In this document: piece after piece, positions 1 through 9,837 of the stretch | Layout of the letters: each line of letters begins with the position of its first letter | How positions within the stretch are numbered: position 1 is the first letter of the stretch | DNA from: an uncultured Aliarcobacter sp. | GTDB taxonomy: Bacteria > Campylobacterota > Campylobacteria > Campylobacterales > Arcobacteraceae | Assembly (NCBI GenBank): GCA_963677435.1 | Contig: OY781945.1 | Location: 2,816,001 to 2,880,000, forward strand | Direction of reading: 5' to 3' | Length of the DNA stretch: 64,000 nt | Notes under the pieces: generated by a model | Told to the model about the DNA's origin: nothing | The model's input: the letters and a program-made list of their open reading frames with translations, nothing else | Database searches by the model: none | Program-made: the position numbers and the translations under genes

Positions 1-1023
1 GTTGCTTTTAAGTCGACTATTTCAAAAGCTGGTCATAATGGAATTATGATTAAAGGTGCTAAATCTATTGAAGCTTTAAGTAATGCGGACACTTTTGTAT
101 TTGATAAAACAGGAACCCTAACAGGTGGAGAACTTGAAGTAATTTGTGTAGAGTCTTATGATGATAATTGGAGTGAAGATCAACTTTTAAATCTAACAGC
201 ATCAACAGAAGAACACTATTTTCATCCAGTTGCAGAAGCTGTTGTAAAAGCAGCTATTCAAAGAGGTTTTGTTCATATGCACCATGAAGAAGTTGAATTC
301 ATAGTTGCACATGGAGTAAAAACAGAAGTAAAAGGAAAATCTGTAATTATTGGCAGTAGACACTTTTTAGAAGATGATGAAAAAATAGATTTTACTGAAC
401 ACAAAGATAAAATTGAAAACTCATTAAGAGATGGAAGAACTCTACTTTACATAGGTTACGATGGAAAACTTTTAGGAACAATTACCTTAGCAGATGAGTT
501 AAGACAAAATTCAAAAGAGGCTATTTCAAGATTAAAAAAACTTGGTGTAAAAAATATCATTATGTTAACTGGTGATACAAAACAAAAAGCACTAATGATA
601 GCAAATGAGTTAGGAATTGATGAAGTAAGAGCTGAACTTTTACCTCAAGATAAAGCAAATATTGTAAAAGAGTTAATGGCTCAAGGTAAAAAAGTAGCCT
701 TTATAGGTGACGGAATAAATGACGCACCTGCATTAATATCTGCTCATGTTGGAATTTCTATGAGTAGAGGTGCAGATATTGCAAAAGCAACCGCTGATAT
801 TAGTTTATTAAAAGATGATATCATGGCTGTAGTTGAAGCAAAAGAGTATGCAAATAAAACAATGAATTTAATAAATAATAACTTTAATGCAACAGTTGGA
901 ATAAACTCTTGTATTTTAGCTGGTGCGACATTTGGTCTATTTTCTCCAATAGTTACAGCTGTACTACATAATGGTACAACCATTGGTTTATTATTTAATT
1001 CAATAAAAGGTGTAAAAATCTAA
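1..1023 (+). CDS. Heavy-metal translocating P1B-type ATPase, C-terminal part (5'-truncated by window edge)
   Basis: Frame is open from base 1. Phosphorylation motif DKTGTLT, N-domain HP (EEHYFHP), MLTGD, GDGINDAPAL and a terminal TM segment with HNGTT. Confidence 0.93.
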   Translation, partial: VAFKSTISKAGHNGIMIKGAKSIEALSNADTFVFDKTGTLTGGELEVICVESYDDNWSEDQLLNLTASTEEHYFHPVAEAVVKAAIQRGFVHMHHEEVEFIVAHGVKTEVKGKSVIIGSRHFLEDDEKIDFTEHKDKIENSLRDGRTLLYIGYDGKLLGTITLADELRQNSKEAISRLKKLGVKNIIMLTGDTKQKALMIANELGIDEVRAELLPQDKANIVKELMAQGKKVAFIGDGINDAPALISAHVGISMSRGADIAKATADISLLKDDIMAVVEAKEYANKTMNLINNNFNATVGINSCILAGATFGLFSPIVTAVLHNGTTIGLLFNSIKGVKI

Positions 1024-1029
1024 GAACTA

Positions 1030-1044
1030 TGATAATAGTTATCA
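1030..1044. promoter_or_regulatory. Fur-family box (7-1-7 inverted repeat)
   Basis: TGATAAT-A-GTTATCA, one mismatch to TGATAATnATTATCA. Confidence 0.65.
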
Positions 1045-1074
1045 GTTTTATTTAAGATTAGCTAGATATTATTA

Positions 1075-1089
1075 TGATAATTATTATCA
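1075..1089. promoter_or_regulatory. Fur-family box (perfect 7-1-7)
   Basis: TGATAAT-T-ATTATCA immediately upstream of the AAGGA RBS of the ORF at 1101. Confidence 0.8.
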
Positions 1090-1100
1090 AAAGGATTTCT

Positions 1101-1217
1101 ATGCCAATTTTATTACTTGCAACTGCACTAACTGCTGTTTTAACTGTTAAAACTGTAAACAATACTGTAAAGACTATTGAAAGAAGAAAAAAAAGGAAAG
1201 AAAGATATGAAAATTGA
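1101..1217 (+). CDS. Small 38-aa membrane/basic peptide (not in ORF track)
   Basis: AAAAGGATTTCT-ATG; MPILLLATALTAVLTVKTVNNTVKTIERRKKRKERYEN*; hydrophobic N-terminus and basic tail; its 3' end overlaps the start of the next gene. Confidence 0.6.
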   Translation: MPILLLATALTAVLTVKTVNNTVKTIERRKKRKERYEN

Positions 1218-1464
1218 TTTAGAAGTACAAAAAGAAGTTGCAAAAGTTGGAATGACAGCAACTTTAGGTGCAACTGTTGTTACATCAATGTTTATGAAAA
1301 ATAGTGTTGCTAAAAAAGTTCATGTAGTTGCTGGTGTTGCTTTCTGTGGATTTGCCCTATGGCATCACACACTTTATCAATCAAAAAAACCTAAAAAAAT
1401 TAAAAAATCTCAAGATATTCAAGAAACACAAGAACAAAAAGAACCTAAAATTCAATTAAACTAA
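1207..1464 (+). CDS. Small His-containing membrane protein in the metal ATPase cluster
   Basis: Likely ATG at 1207 (MKIDLEVQKE) after AAAGGAAAG; two hydrophobic segments, with VHVVAG and LWHH. Confidence 0.75.
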   Translation: MKIDLEVQKEVAKVGMTATLGATVVTSMFMKNSVAKKVHVVAGVAFCGFALWHHTLYQSKKPKKIKKSQDIQETQEQKEPKIQLN

Positions 1465-1496
1465 ATTTTAATATCAACTTAAGATTCTTTATATTA

Positions 1497-1511
1497 TGAT
1501 AACGATTATCA
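1497..1511. promoter_or_regulatory. Fur-family box upstream of ankyrin gene
   Basis: TGATAAC-G-ATTATCA, one mismatch to consensus, just before AAGGA and ATG 1531. Confidence 0.7.
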
Positions 1512-1530
1512 ATTTTATAAAGGATTTAAA

Positions 1531-2046
1531 ATGTCAAATAATCATCTTCTTGATAAAAACTTAAATGCACAAATAGTTGCAAATATCTTTTCTTCTCTTG
1601 TAAGTGGTGAAAAATGGGATATGCTGATTGAAATGTTTACACTAAATATCTTAAATATTAATTCAAGAGATTATAGAGGAAGAAATGCTTTATATTGGGC
1701 TATTCGAAAAAATAGAATAGATACTATTAAAAAACTACTTGAATTAAATATCTCAACTGAAGTATCACCAAATCTCTCAGCTATTAACTTTGCAGTTTAT
1801 CAAGACAATATAAAAGTGATTAAATGTCTTAAAAATTGTGGGATTAATATGAATGAAATTGATGATATAAACTCAACTCCATTAATCTATGCTATTTTAT
1901 ATAATAAACCAAATAGTGCTAAATATCTAATAGAAAATGGGGCAAATATAGAACATGAAGATTTTCTAGGAAATAGTGCTATAAAATTAGCAAAAAATCT
2001 AAAAATTGATTTTTTAATTGAAAAATTTAAAGAATTTAATATATAA
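1531..2046 (+). CDS. Ankyrin repeat protein
   Basis: Ankyrin-like repeats GRNALYWAI, STPLIYAIL..YLIENGANI, GNSAIKLA. Confidence 0.88.
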   Translation: MSNNHLLDKNLNAQIVANIFSSLVSGEKWDMLIEMFTLNILNINSRDYRGRNALYWAIRKNRIDTIKKLLELNISTEVSPNLSAINFAVYQDNIKVIKCLKNCGINMNEIDDINSTPLIYAILYNKPNSAKYLIENGANIEHEDFLGNSAIKLAKNLKIDFLIEKFKEFNI

Positions 2047-2073
2047 ATAGAAATCTATAAAGATTTCTATTTA
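2044..2073. terminator. Bidirectional intrinsic terminator
   Basis: TAAATAGAAATCT-ATAA-AGATTTCTATTTA between convergent genes. Confidence 0.7.
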
Positions 2074-2077
2074 CATT

Positions 2078-3289
2078 TTATTCATATCTTAAAGCATCAA
2101 TTGGATTTAATCTTGCAGCTTTTCTAGCTGGGAAATATCCAAATACAACACCTATTAAAGTTGAGAAGAAAAATGAAATCATAATTATCTGATTGTTTAT
2201 AATAAATGGTAAATCCATAGAATGAACAACAACATATCCAATTCCCATACCCAAAATAATTCCAATAATTCCTCCAAGGGTTGATAAAACAATAGCTTCA
2301 ACTAAAAATTGTAATAAGACTTCACTCTCCATTGCACCAATGGCAAGTCTTATCCCTATTTCTCTTGTTCTCTCTGTTACTGAAACTAACATAATATTCA
2401 TAATTCCAATTCCACCAACAAGTAAACTAATTCCAGCAATTGAGCCTAAAAGATAAGTTAACATTTTTGTAGTAGAAGTCATTGCAGATAATAAATCTTG
2501 CATATCCCTAATATAAAAGTTATCTACTTCACCAATTTTTATTGCTCTTCGCTCTTGCATTAATGCTGTAATATCAGTTTTCGCATCTTCAATATATTTA
2601 CCTTCAGTAATCGAAATAAGAATAGATGAAATATCTTTATCACCTTTTATTTTTCTTTGAAACATTTTTAAAGGAACTATTACTATTTCATCTTGATCAT
2701 TTCCAAAGGCTGCTGCTCCTTTTGATTTTAAAACTCCAATTACATTACAAGAGATATTTTTAAGTCTTATATCTGCACCAATTGGATTTTCATCATCAAA
2801 AAGTTGTTTTACAATTGTAGTTCCTATAATACAAGAAGTTTTACCACTATTTAATTCAGTATCATCAAAAGTTCGACCATCAGTTAAGTCCCAATCTTTG
2901 ATAATAAAATAGTCATTATTAGTTCCAATAACCGAACTACTATTACTTTTATTTCCATAAACTACATTCATTTTACTTGAGTTTTCAGCGGCAACTGCTT
3001 TTATATTTTGAATTTCATTTTTAATAGCACTTATATCTTCATTTGTAAATGGTTTTGCACTATTATCATCTCTTGGAGCTCCTCGTCTTTCTTGTCCAAC
3101 TCTAAGAGTTAACATATTTGTTCCAAGTTTTGAAATACTTTGTTTTACATTTGCAGTTGTTCCATCTCCAATCATAACCATAGCAATCACAGAAGCCACA
3201 CCAATTACAATTCCTAAAATTGTAAGAAATGATCTTAGGATATTTCTTTTTATCTCTTTTATAGCTATTAAAAAGGCATTTATTAACAT
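2078..3289 (-). CDS. MacB-family ABC transporter permease
   Basis: RSFLTILGIVIGVASVI, GGIGIMNIMLVSVTERTREIGIR, PARKAARLNPIDALRYE. Confidence 0.95.
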   Translation of the reverse strand: MLINAFLIAIKEIKRNILRSFLTILGIVIGVASVIAMVMIGDGTTANVKQSISKLGTNMLTLRVGQERRGAPRDDNSAKPFTNEDISAIKNEIQNIKAVAAENSSKMNVVYGNKSNSSSVIGTNNDYFIIKDWDLTDGRTFDDTELNSGKTSCIIGTTIVKQLFDDENPIGADIRLKNISCNVIGVLKSKGAAAFGNDQDEIVIVPLKMFQRKIKGDKDISSILISITEGKYIEDAKTDITALMQERRAIKIGEVDNFYIRDMQDLLSAMTSTTKMLTYLLGSIAGISLLVGGIGIMNIMLVSVTERTREIGIRLAIGAMESEVLLQFLVEAIVLSTLGGIIGIILGMGIGYVVVHSMDLPFIINNQIIMISFFFSTLIGVVFGYFPARKAARLNPIDALRYE

Positions 3290-3993
3290 TATTTAAATCC
3301 TTTTTTTAAACTATCTTCAATATGTCCATCTCTAAAATAGATAACTCTATTTGCATATTTTGCCATCTCTTCTTCATGAGTTACCATAATAATTGTAATT
3401 CCTAACTCTTCATTTAACTGTTTTAATAAATTCATAATCTCAATACTTTTTATACTATCAAGATTACCTGTTGGCTCATCAGCAAGCAAAACTAATGGAT
3501 TTGTAACAATTGCTCTTGCAATTGCTACACGCTGCTGTTGACCACCTGAGAGCTCTGCTGGAGTGTGATGAACAACACTTTCAAGTCCAACTTTTTTTAA
3601 AGCTTCTAGGGCTAATATTTTTCTTTCACCTGAGGGAATTTTTCTATAAATTAAAGGTAGTTCAACATTTTCTAAAGCAGAAGTTCTTCCTAAAAGATTA
3701 AATCCTTGAAAAACGAATCCTAAATAGTTTCTTCTTAAAAGTGCCATTTGGTTTCGATTTAATTTTTCTACATTTATACCATTAAAAAGATATTCACCAC
3801 TACTTGGTTTATCTAAACATCCAATCATGTTCATAGAAGTAGATTTTCCACTTCCACTAGCTCCCATAATTGCAATAAATTCCCCTTTATTTATAGTAAA
3901 ACTTACTCCATTTAAAGCATAAGTTTTTGCATCCCCTACTCCATAAGTTTTTACTATATTTTTAAACTCAATTATAGTTTCATTAATTTGCAT
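3289..3993 (-). CDS. MacB/LolD-family ABC transporter ATP-binding protein
   Basis: Walker A GASGSGKS, signature LSGGQQQR, LADEPTGNLD; likely start MQINETI at 3993. Confidence 0.95.
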   Translation of the reverse strand: MQINETIIEFKNIVKTYGVGDAKTYALNGVSFTINKGEFIAIMGASGSGKSTSMNMIGCLDKPSSGEYLFNGINVEKLNRNQMALLRRNYLGFVFQGFNLLGRTSALENVELPLIYRKIPSGERKILALEALKKVGLESVVHHTPAELSGGQQQRVAIARAIVTNPLVLLADEPTGNLDSIKSIEIMNLLKQLNEELGITIIMVTHEEEMAKYANRVIYFRDGHIEDSLKKGFK

Positions 3994-5251
3994 TTTCACT
4001 CTTTTGTGAAGTGATAACCTCATCATCTATTTTTAAATCTCTTGCTTCAATACTTGTTGATTTTCCATCTGAATCTAATACTTTTACCATTATTCTTTTT
4101 GGTTGATTATTTTCTAAGATAAAAATAGGAGAAAGCTCTCTTTTTGTTAAATCTCTTGGAGTATTATCACCTTGAGGTCGTTTTGGAGGGCCTACAAAAT
4201 TCATTGTTGATTTTTTTCCATCACTTGAAATCTTTGGTTTAAATCTTAAAGCACTATTTGGAATAATCAACTTATCTTTACTCTCTTTAGTGACAATTTT
4301 TGCTGTTGCTGTCATTCCAGGTCGTAAAAGCAACTCTTCATTATTTACACCAACTACTGTTTCATATGTAACAACACCATTTGAATCAATAGGATTTAAT
4401 CTTACTTGTTTGATTTTTCCTTTAAATGTTTTATTTGGATAGGCATCAACTGTAAAGGTTACAGGTAAATCTTTTTTAATATCTGCAACATCAGCTTCAT
4501 CAATACTTATAATTAAATCCATATTTGTTAAATCTTTTGCTAAAGTGAATAGTTTTGGAGCTGACATTGTTGCTGCTAGTGTTTGCCCAACTTCAACTTC
4601 TCTATTTAAAACTATTCCTTTAATAGAAGATTTTACAACTGCTTTATCTAAGTTTTGTAAAGCTGTATTTAAATTATAAGAAGCTTGTTCAACTTTTGCT
4701 TTTATTGCATCTAAACTTGAAAGAGCACCTTCATATGTGAATTTTGTTCCATCTAGTTCATTTACAGATGGATATTTGCCACCTGAATTTTTAAACATTT
4801 TTGCTGTTCTATCATAAATCAATTTTTTGTTTTTTAAATCAACCTCTGTCTCTTTTTGATTTGCTTTTGCAATTGCAAGTGCAGCTGTTAAACCATCTAC
4901 TTCTGATTGTAATTTTCTAGTATCAAGTTTTGCTAATACTTGTCCAACTTCAACTTCATCATTAAAATCTACATATATCTCTTTTATAGTTCCTGATACT
5001 TCAACCCCAATTTCAACGCTATTTGTTGGGTTTAAATTTCCAGTTGCACTAACAACAACTGACAAATCACCTTTTGTTACTTTTTTTGTAACATATTCAA
5101 CTGTTAATTCTTTATTTTGTTTATTGTATATTAAATAATAATATGCAACTCCTGAGGCTAAAAGTAAAACTAAAATAATCCAAATATAAAATTTTTTTGA
5201 TTTTTTATTACTATACTTTTCTAAATCTTGTATTAATTGTGTATCTTGCAT
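3983..5251 (-). CDS. macA: MacA-family efflux periplasmic adaptor (membrane fusion protein)
   Basis: N-terminal TM, VSGTIKEIYVDFNDEV lipoyl half, helical hairpin, VDAYP, LRPGMTA. Confidence 0.9.
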   Translation of the reverse strand: MQDTQLIQDLEKYSNKKSKKFYIWIILVLLLASGVAYYYLIYNKQNKELTVEYVTKKVTKGDLSVVVSATGNLNPTNSVEIGVEVSGTIKEIYVDFNDEVEVGQVLAKLDTRKLQSEVDGLTAALAIAKANQKETEVDLKNKKLIYDRTAKMFKNSGGKYPSVNELDGTKFTYEGALSSLDAIKAKVEQASYNLNTALQNLDKAVVKSSIKGIVLNREVEVGQTLAATMSAPKLFTLAKDLTNMDLIISIDEADVADIKKDLPVTFTVDAYPNKTFKGKIKQVRLNPIDSNGVVTYETVVGVNNEELLLRPGMTATAKIVTKESKDKLIIPNSALRFKPKISSDGKKSTMNFVGPPKRPQGDNTPRDLTKRELSPIFILENNQPKRIMVKVLDSDGKSTSIEARDLKIDDEVITSQKSENAN

Positions 5252-5256
5252 CTATT

Positions 5257-6444
5257 TTAGCCTTTTATTTTAAAATATAATTTTGAATATTGTAATTTGA
5301 TATTTATGTCATTTATCTGTAAATCATACTCATTTACTTTTTTTGTATTTTTTAAAATATCTAAATCATAAACTGAAGTCATACCAGCGTCATTTGAAAT
5401 TTTATTTGCAGAAATTAAATCATCATATAATCTGATATTATCTTCAATAGTTTTATTTTGTTTTTCATATGTATCTATTTGATTTAAAATCTGTGAATAA
5501 TCATATGCTATCTGATTTTTTAAATCATTAACTTGACTTTTTTGTTTTAAATATTGTAATTTTGCATCTTGAAGTTTACTTGATTTATTATAATCATATA
5601 AAGGCACAGAAAGACTCAAAGAAGCACTAGCATTTGTCTCATCATCATTTACATTTTTAATTAAATCATCTACATTTGAATATGAACCATTGGCTCCAAA
5701 AGATACTTTAGGGAGATAATTAGTTTTTGTTTTTTTATAACTTGTATTTAGCATTTCAACTTTTGAATCTTCTTGAAGTAAATCTAAATTTCTATTAATA
5801 AAATCCTCTTTTGAAACACTTTTAAAATCTAAAATTTCTATTTGCTCATATTTTAAATCTGTATATTTTGATAATTCATACTCTTTATCTTTTAAGGAAT
5901 TATTTAAAGAGATATTCTCTTTAAATTGGGTATTTTTTGCCATAACTGCATTATTTAATTCAACAATATCAGTTTTACCTGCTTCATATTGTATTTTTTT
6001 AATAATCAACTCTATATCTTTATTTTCAAGTTTATATTTACTTTGTTCAATTTGTAATTTCAATTTCGACATTTCAAGTAAAGTATCATAAATTGATTCT
6101 AAAATTTGATAGTTTTCATTTTCCCAAGTTAAAGTATCATACTTTAATTTGTCTTTTGCATATTGGATTGTAAACTCTATTCCACCTGATTCATAAATAC
6201 TTTGAGTGAATCCTAATGAAACACTTTTTGAAAATTTATCACTATCACTTGTAAGTGAATGACTCCTATTTAGACTTGAACTTAAATTAACTGGTGAAAT
6301 CCAATCATTTTTGTTTGTTTCATAACTTGATTCAATAGATTTCTTTTCTAGTTCCCTTGTTTGTTTCTTATCTTTTTGCAAAATATCTAAATTATTCGCA
6401 AAGGCTAAAGTACAAAATAAAGAACACACTATTATTTTACGCAA
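5257..6444 (-). CDS. TolC-family outer membrane efflux protein
   Basis: Signal peptide, YLPKVSF and LSVPLYD beta-strands, coiled coils; operonic with the MFP and ABC genes; TTG start after AAGGA. Confidence 0.85.
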   Translation of the reverse strand: MRKIIVCSLFCTLAFANNLDILQKDKKQTRELEKKSIESSYETNKNDWISPVNLSSSLNRSHSLTSDSDKFSKSVSLGFTQSIYESGGIEFTIQYAKDKLKYDTLTWENENYQILESIYDTLLEMSKLKLQIEQSKYKLENKDIELIIKKIQYEAGKTDIVELNNAVMAKNTQFKENISLNNSLKDKEYELSKYTDLKYEQIEILDFKSVSKEDFINRNLDLLQEDSKVEMLNTSYKKTKTNYLPKVSFGANGSYSNVDDLIKNVNDDETNASASLSLSVPLYDYNKSSKLQDAKLQYLKQKSQVNDLKNQIAYDYSQILNQIDTYEKQNKTIEDNIRLYDDLISANKISNDAGMTSVYDLDILKNTKKVNEYDLQINDINIKLQYSKLYFKIKG

Positions 6445-6532
6445 CTTATTTCCTTATTTTTTTAATAATCAAAATTGTATATCAACTATTTTAATGATTT
6501 TTTAACAAATTATTAACTTTTAATTTCAATTA

Positions 6533-6547
6533 AGATAATTATTATCA
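6533..6547. promoter_or_regulatory. Fur-family box upstream of tonB
   Basis: AGATAAT-T-ATTATCA just upstream of a TAAAAT -10 (6557-6562). Confidence 0.75.
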
Positions 6548-6569
6548 ATATTATATTAAAATCATACTT

Positions 6570-7289
6570 ATGGAAAACAAAAAAAGTTTATTAGTTATAT
6601 TAACACTAACAATATCAGCACATTTATTACTATTTGCAAATTTAAAAGTAGAAGAAATTGAGCAAGAAGCAAAACCTTTACCTCAAATAACTAAAATAAA
6701 TTTACAAAATGTAGTAATTAAAAAACCAGAACCTGTGGTTGAGCCTGTTGTAGAAAAACCTGTTGAAATCAAACCTTTACCAAAAACACAAAGTACAAAC
6801 AAAATCAAAGAAGTGAAAAAGAAAGAATTTCACAAAAAAGAGAAAAAATTTGAAAAAGTTGTTGAAAAAAAGGTTGAAAAAAAAATAGAGGAGATAAAAG
6901 AAGTTAAACAGGAAATCAATAATGCTCTTCCACAAATGAGTTCTTCTGATGTTAAAAGTGTAGAAAAAGATATTGACCCATCTTTAAAAGATGCATTGGA
7001 AAATGAGTATTTAGCAAAAATCAGAATGATAATTGAAAAAAATAAAATTTATCCAAAATCTGCAAAAAGATTAAATCAAATGGGAAAAGTTAATGTTTGT
7101 TTTGTTATTTCAAAAGATGGACATATACAAGATATAAAAGTTGTTAAAAAATCAAGCTTTGAAAGACTTGATGAAGCTGCGATTGAAATCTTAACTAAAA
7201 TAAATAGTTTTGAACCAATCCCAGAAAAATTAAATAAAAATAGTTGGGAAATAACTGTGCCAATTGTTTATCAAATTACAAGGAGCTAA
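6570..7289 (+). CDS. tonB: Energy transducer TonB
   Basis: N-terminal TM with SxxxH, Pro/Lys/Glu-rich linker, C-terminal YPKSAKR..GKV..SSFERLDEAA. Confidence 0.92.
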   Translation: MENKKSLLVILTLTISAHLLLFANLKVEEIEQEAKPLPQITKINLQNVVIKKPEPVVEPVVEKPVEIKPLPKTQSTNKIKEVKKKEFHKKEKKFEKVVEKKVEKKIEEIKEVKQEINNALPQMSSSDVKSVEKDIDPSLKDALENEYLAKIRMIIEKNKIYPKSAKRLNQMGKVNVCFVISKDGHIQDIKVVKKSSFERLDEAAIEILTKINSFEPIPEKLNKNSWEITVPIVYQITRS

Positions 7290-7292
7290 TGA

Positions 7293-7802
7293 ATGGGTGT
7301 TGACTTAATCAATTATATTGATAGAGGTGGAATAATTGTATATATTCTGATTTTTTTAAATATTATAGGTTTTACAATAATGTTTTGGAAGTTAGTTGTT
7401 ATTGCCTTAGCGGGAAATAAAAGAGAACTTTTAATCAGTGAAATTATAAATTTTGCGAAAACAAATAATGAAGAATTTAAAAAAGATTCAATTGAAAACT
7501 ATATAAATAGAAAAATTAGAAAATTAGAATTCGGTTTAAATACTGTAAAAATTATCGCCTCAATTGCACCACTTCTTGGACTTTTAGGTACTGTTATTGG
7601 TGTTTTAGATTCATTTGATTCTATCACAAAAAGTGGTTTAGGAGATCCAACCATATTTTCAAGTGGAATTTCTGTTGCACTTATTACAACAATTGCTGGT
7701 TTAATAGTAGCGATTCCACATTATATTGGATACAACTATATTGTAGGAATTTTAGATGATATTGAACTAAAAATTCAAAAAGAGGTTCTTAAAAAGATAT
7801 GA
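7293..7802 (+). CDS. exbB: MotA/TolQ/ExbB proton channel
   Basis: IAPLLGLLGTVIG, GISVALITTIAGLIVAIP. Confidence 0.93.
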   Translation: MGVDLINYIDRGGIIVYILIFLNIIGFTIMFWKLVVIALAGNKRELLISEIINFAKTNNEEFKKDSIENYINRKIRKLEFGLNTVKIIASIAPLLGLLGTVIGVLDSFDSITKSGLGDPTIFSSGISVALITTIAGLIVAIPHYIGYNYIVGILDDIELKIQKEVLKKI

Positions 7803-8185
7803 AAAAAAGAGAAATTCTAACTCCAGATATTACGCCGCTTATAGATGTTGTTTTTATTCTTTTAATATTTTTTATAGTTTCATCAGTATTTAAAAAAGAT
7901 GAATTAGCCCTTGTGTTAAATCTTCCAACTTCAACGGCAAAAGAGATTGAAGTAAAAGATAAAGAGATAGTAATAGAGCTAAGTCATGATAAATTAGCTA
8001 TTTCAGGGAAAGAAGCAACAATTGAAGTTTTAGAAAATGAAATAGGAAAAATAGAAGATAAAAAAAGAAATATTATTTTTAGAATTGATAAAGAAGTAAA
8101 ATATGAAAAAATTATTGAAGTTTTAGAAGTACTTCAAAAACATGAATTATTTAATATCTCATTAGTTACTGAACCACAAAAGTAG
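7799..8185 (+). CDS. exbD: Biopolymer transporter ExbD
   Basis: DITPLIDVVFILLIFF motif. Confidence 0.93.
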   Translation: MKKREILTPDITPLIDVVFILLIFFIVSSVFKKDELALVLNLPTSTAKEIEVKDKEIVIELSHDKLAISGKEATIEVLENEIGKIEDKKRNIIFRIDKEVKYEKIIEVLEVLQKHELFNISLVTEPQK

Positions 8186-8205
8186 TAGAAATTTCTACTA
8201 CTTTT
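8178..8205. terminator. Perfect 28-bp palindrome between convergent genes (terminator-like)
   Basis: AAAAGTAGTAGAAA-TTTCTACTACTTTT. Confidence 0.65.
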
Positions 8206-9817
8206 AAGTTAATCTACAATACATAACCTCATCAACAACAGCTCGTGCAATTTGCTGTGTTTCAACAATAACATGTTTTAAATGTAAACCCTCAAGAGCA
8301 TTTTTCTCTTCATCACTAGTAACTGTTACAATTGTTTTACTATTGTGTGTTAAATCATTAACAGCTTCACAAATAAGGTGTAATATTTCTGGATTATTAA
8401 CAGCTACGATTACTGCTGATGCTTTTGTAATATTTACAGAGTTCAAAATATGTCTTTGGGCTGCATTACCAAAAACAATAGGTTCACCTTTATCTTTTCC
8501 TATTTGGTAAAATTTGATATTGTGTTCTAAAATAACATATTTTTGTCCAAAAGTTTTTAACTCTTTTACAATTGCTTGACCAAAACTACCATATCCTAAA
8601 ACTACAACATGATTTTCTGTATCTTCTGAAATATTGTAAGTATTTGTAATCATCATTACATCTTCAGGAATCAGTTTTGCTGCTGCTTTTGAAAGATTTT
8701 TTAAGATTATTGGCGTTAATATCATTGATATTACTATTGTTACTATTAAGACCTGAGAATATGTAACATCAACTAAATTTTGACTACGAGCTAACTCTAA
8801 TATTGCTAGTGAAAACTCACCAATTTGAATTAATGAAAGTGCAGTTTTAAAAGCTACTCTTTTATTATCTTCATATCTAACAATAGTATAAATTACAAGA
8901 TATTTTAAACCCATAACTAAAGGTAATAAAATAGCAATAATCCAAGCATATTCATAAATAATTTTAAAATTAATCTGCATTCCAACAGTTATAAAAAACA
9001 CCCCTAAAAGTATATTTCTAAAAGGAATAAGGTCAGCTTCAACTTGATGTTTAAATTTTGTTTCTGAAATCATCATACCTGCAATAAATGCTCCAAGTGA
9101 ATATGAAAACCCAAAATAATAAGCTAAATAAGCAGAACCCATAGCCAAAAGTAAAACTGAAGCCACAAATAACTCATCTGATTTTGTAGCTGATACATAT
9201 CTTAAAAATGGCTCTAAAAGATATTTTCCACTAAAATATAAAAGTGCTAATAATACAACTGCTGCAAGGATAGTTTTACCAATAGTAAATACTAAACTCC
9301 CATCACCTGTCATAGAAAAAAATGAAATCATTAAAAGTATTGGAATTACTGCAATATCTTGCATAATTAAAATTCCTAAAACTCTTCTTCCATAGGGTTT
9401 TGTTATCTCTTTTGTTTCGTTAAAAGTTTTTAAAACAATTGCTGTTGAAGACAAAGATAAGGCTGTTCCTATAATCAATGCAGTTTGAGTTTCAAAACCT
9501 ATTATATATTTAGCAATTAAATATACAAAAATTGTTGTTATTACAATTTGAAGAGTTCCTGTAAAAAAAACTTCTCTTCTCATCTTTTTTAAGTGATTTA
9601 ATGAAAATTCCAATCCAATAGTAAACATCAAAAAAACTACCCCAAATTCAGCAATTTCTTTTAGTTCATGGTTATCAACAGCTGCGTGTAAATTAAAAGT
9701 ATAAGCAATAATTGTACCTGTTAATATATATCCAATAATTGTAGGTAAATGTACTTTTTTTAAAATTAGATTTAAGACTAACGCAATAAGAGTTGTAGCA
9801 ACGATAATCCCTAACAT
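8204..9817 (-). CDS. CPA2/Kef-type cation:proton antiporter with KTN (TrkA_N) domain
   Basis: AEFGVVFLMFTIGLEF, SLSSTAIVLK, QD motif, C-terminal HVVVLGYGSFGQ. Confidence 0.92.
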   Translation of the reverse strand: MLGIIVATTLIALVLNLILKKVHLPTIIGYILTGTIIAYTFNLHAAVDNHELKEIAEFGVVFLMFTIGLEFSLNHLKKMRREVFFTGTLQIVITTIFVYLIAKYIIGFETQTALIIGTALSLSSTAIVLKTFNETKEITKPYGRRVLGILIMQDIAVIPILLMISFFSMTGDGSLVFTIGKTILAAVVLLALLYFSGKYLLEPFLRYVSATKSDELFVASVLLLAMGSAYLAYYFGFSYSLGAFIAGMMISETKFKHQVEADLIPFRNILLGVFFITVGMQINFKIIYEYAWIIAILLPLVMGLKYLVIYTIVRYEDNKRVAFKTALSLIQIGEFSLAILELARSQNLVDVTYSQVLIVTIVISMILTPIILKNLSKAAAKLIPEDVMMITNTYNISEDTENHVVVLGYGSFGQAIVKELKTFGQKYVILEHNIKFYQIGKDKGEPIVFGNAAQRHILNSVNITKASAVIVAVNNPEILHLICEAVNDLTHNSKTIVTVTSDEEKNALEGLHLKHVIVETQQIARAVVDEVMYCRLT

Positions 9818-9837
9818 ATAATTTCCTTTGTATAAAT

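Noticed and set aside
2078..6444. MacAB-TolC unit as an acquired resistance island
   Set aside because: Host-like composition and no mobility genes or flanking repeats; a common chromosomal exporter.
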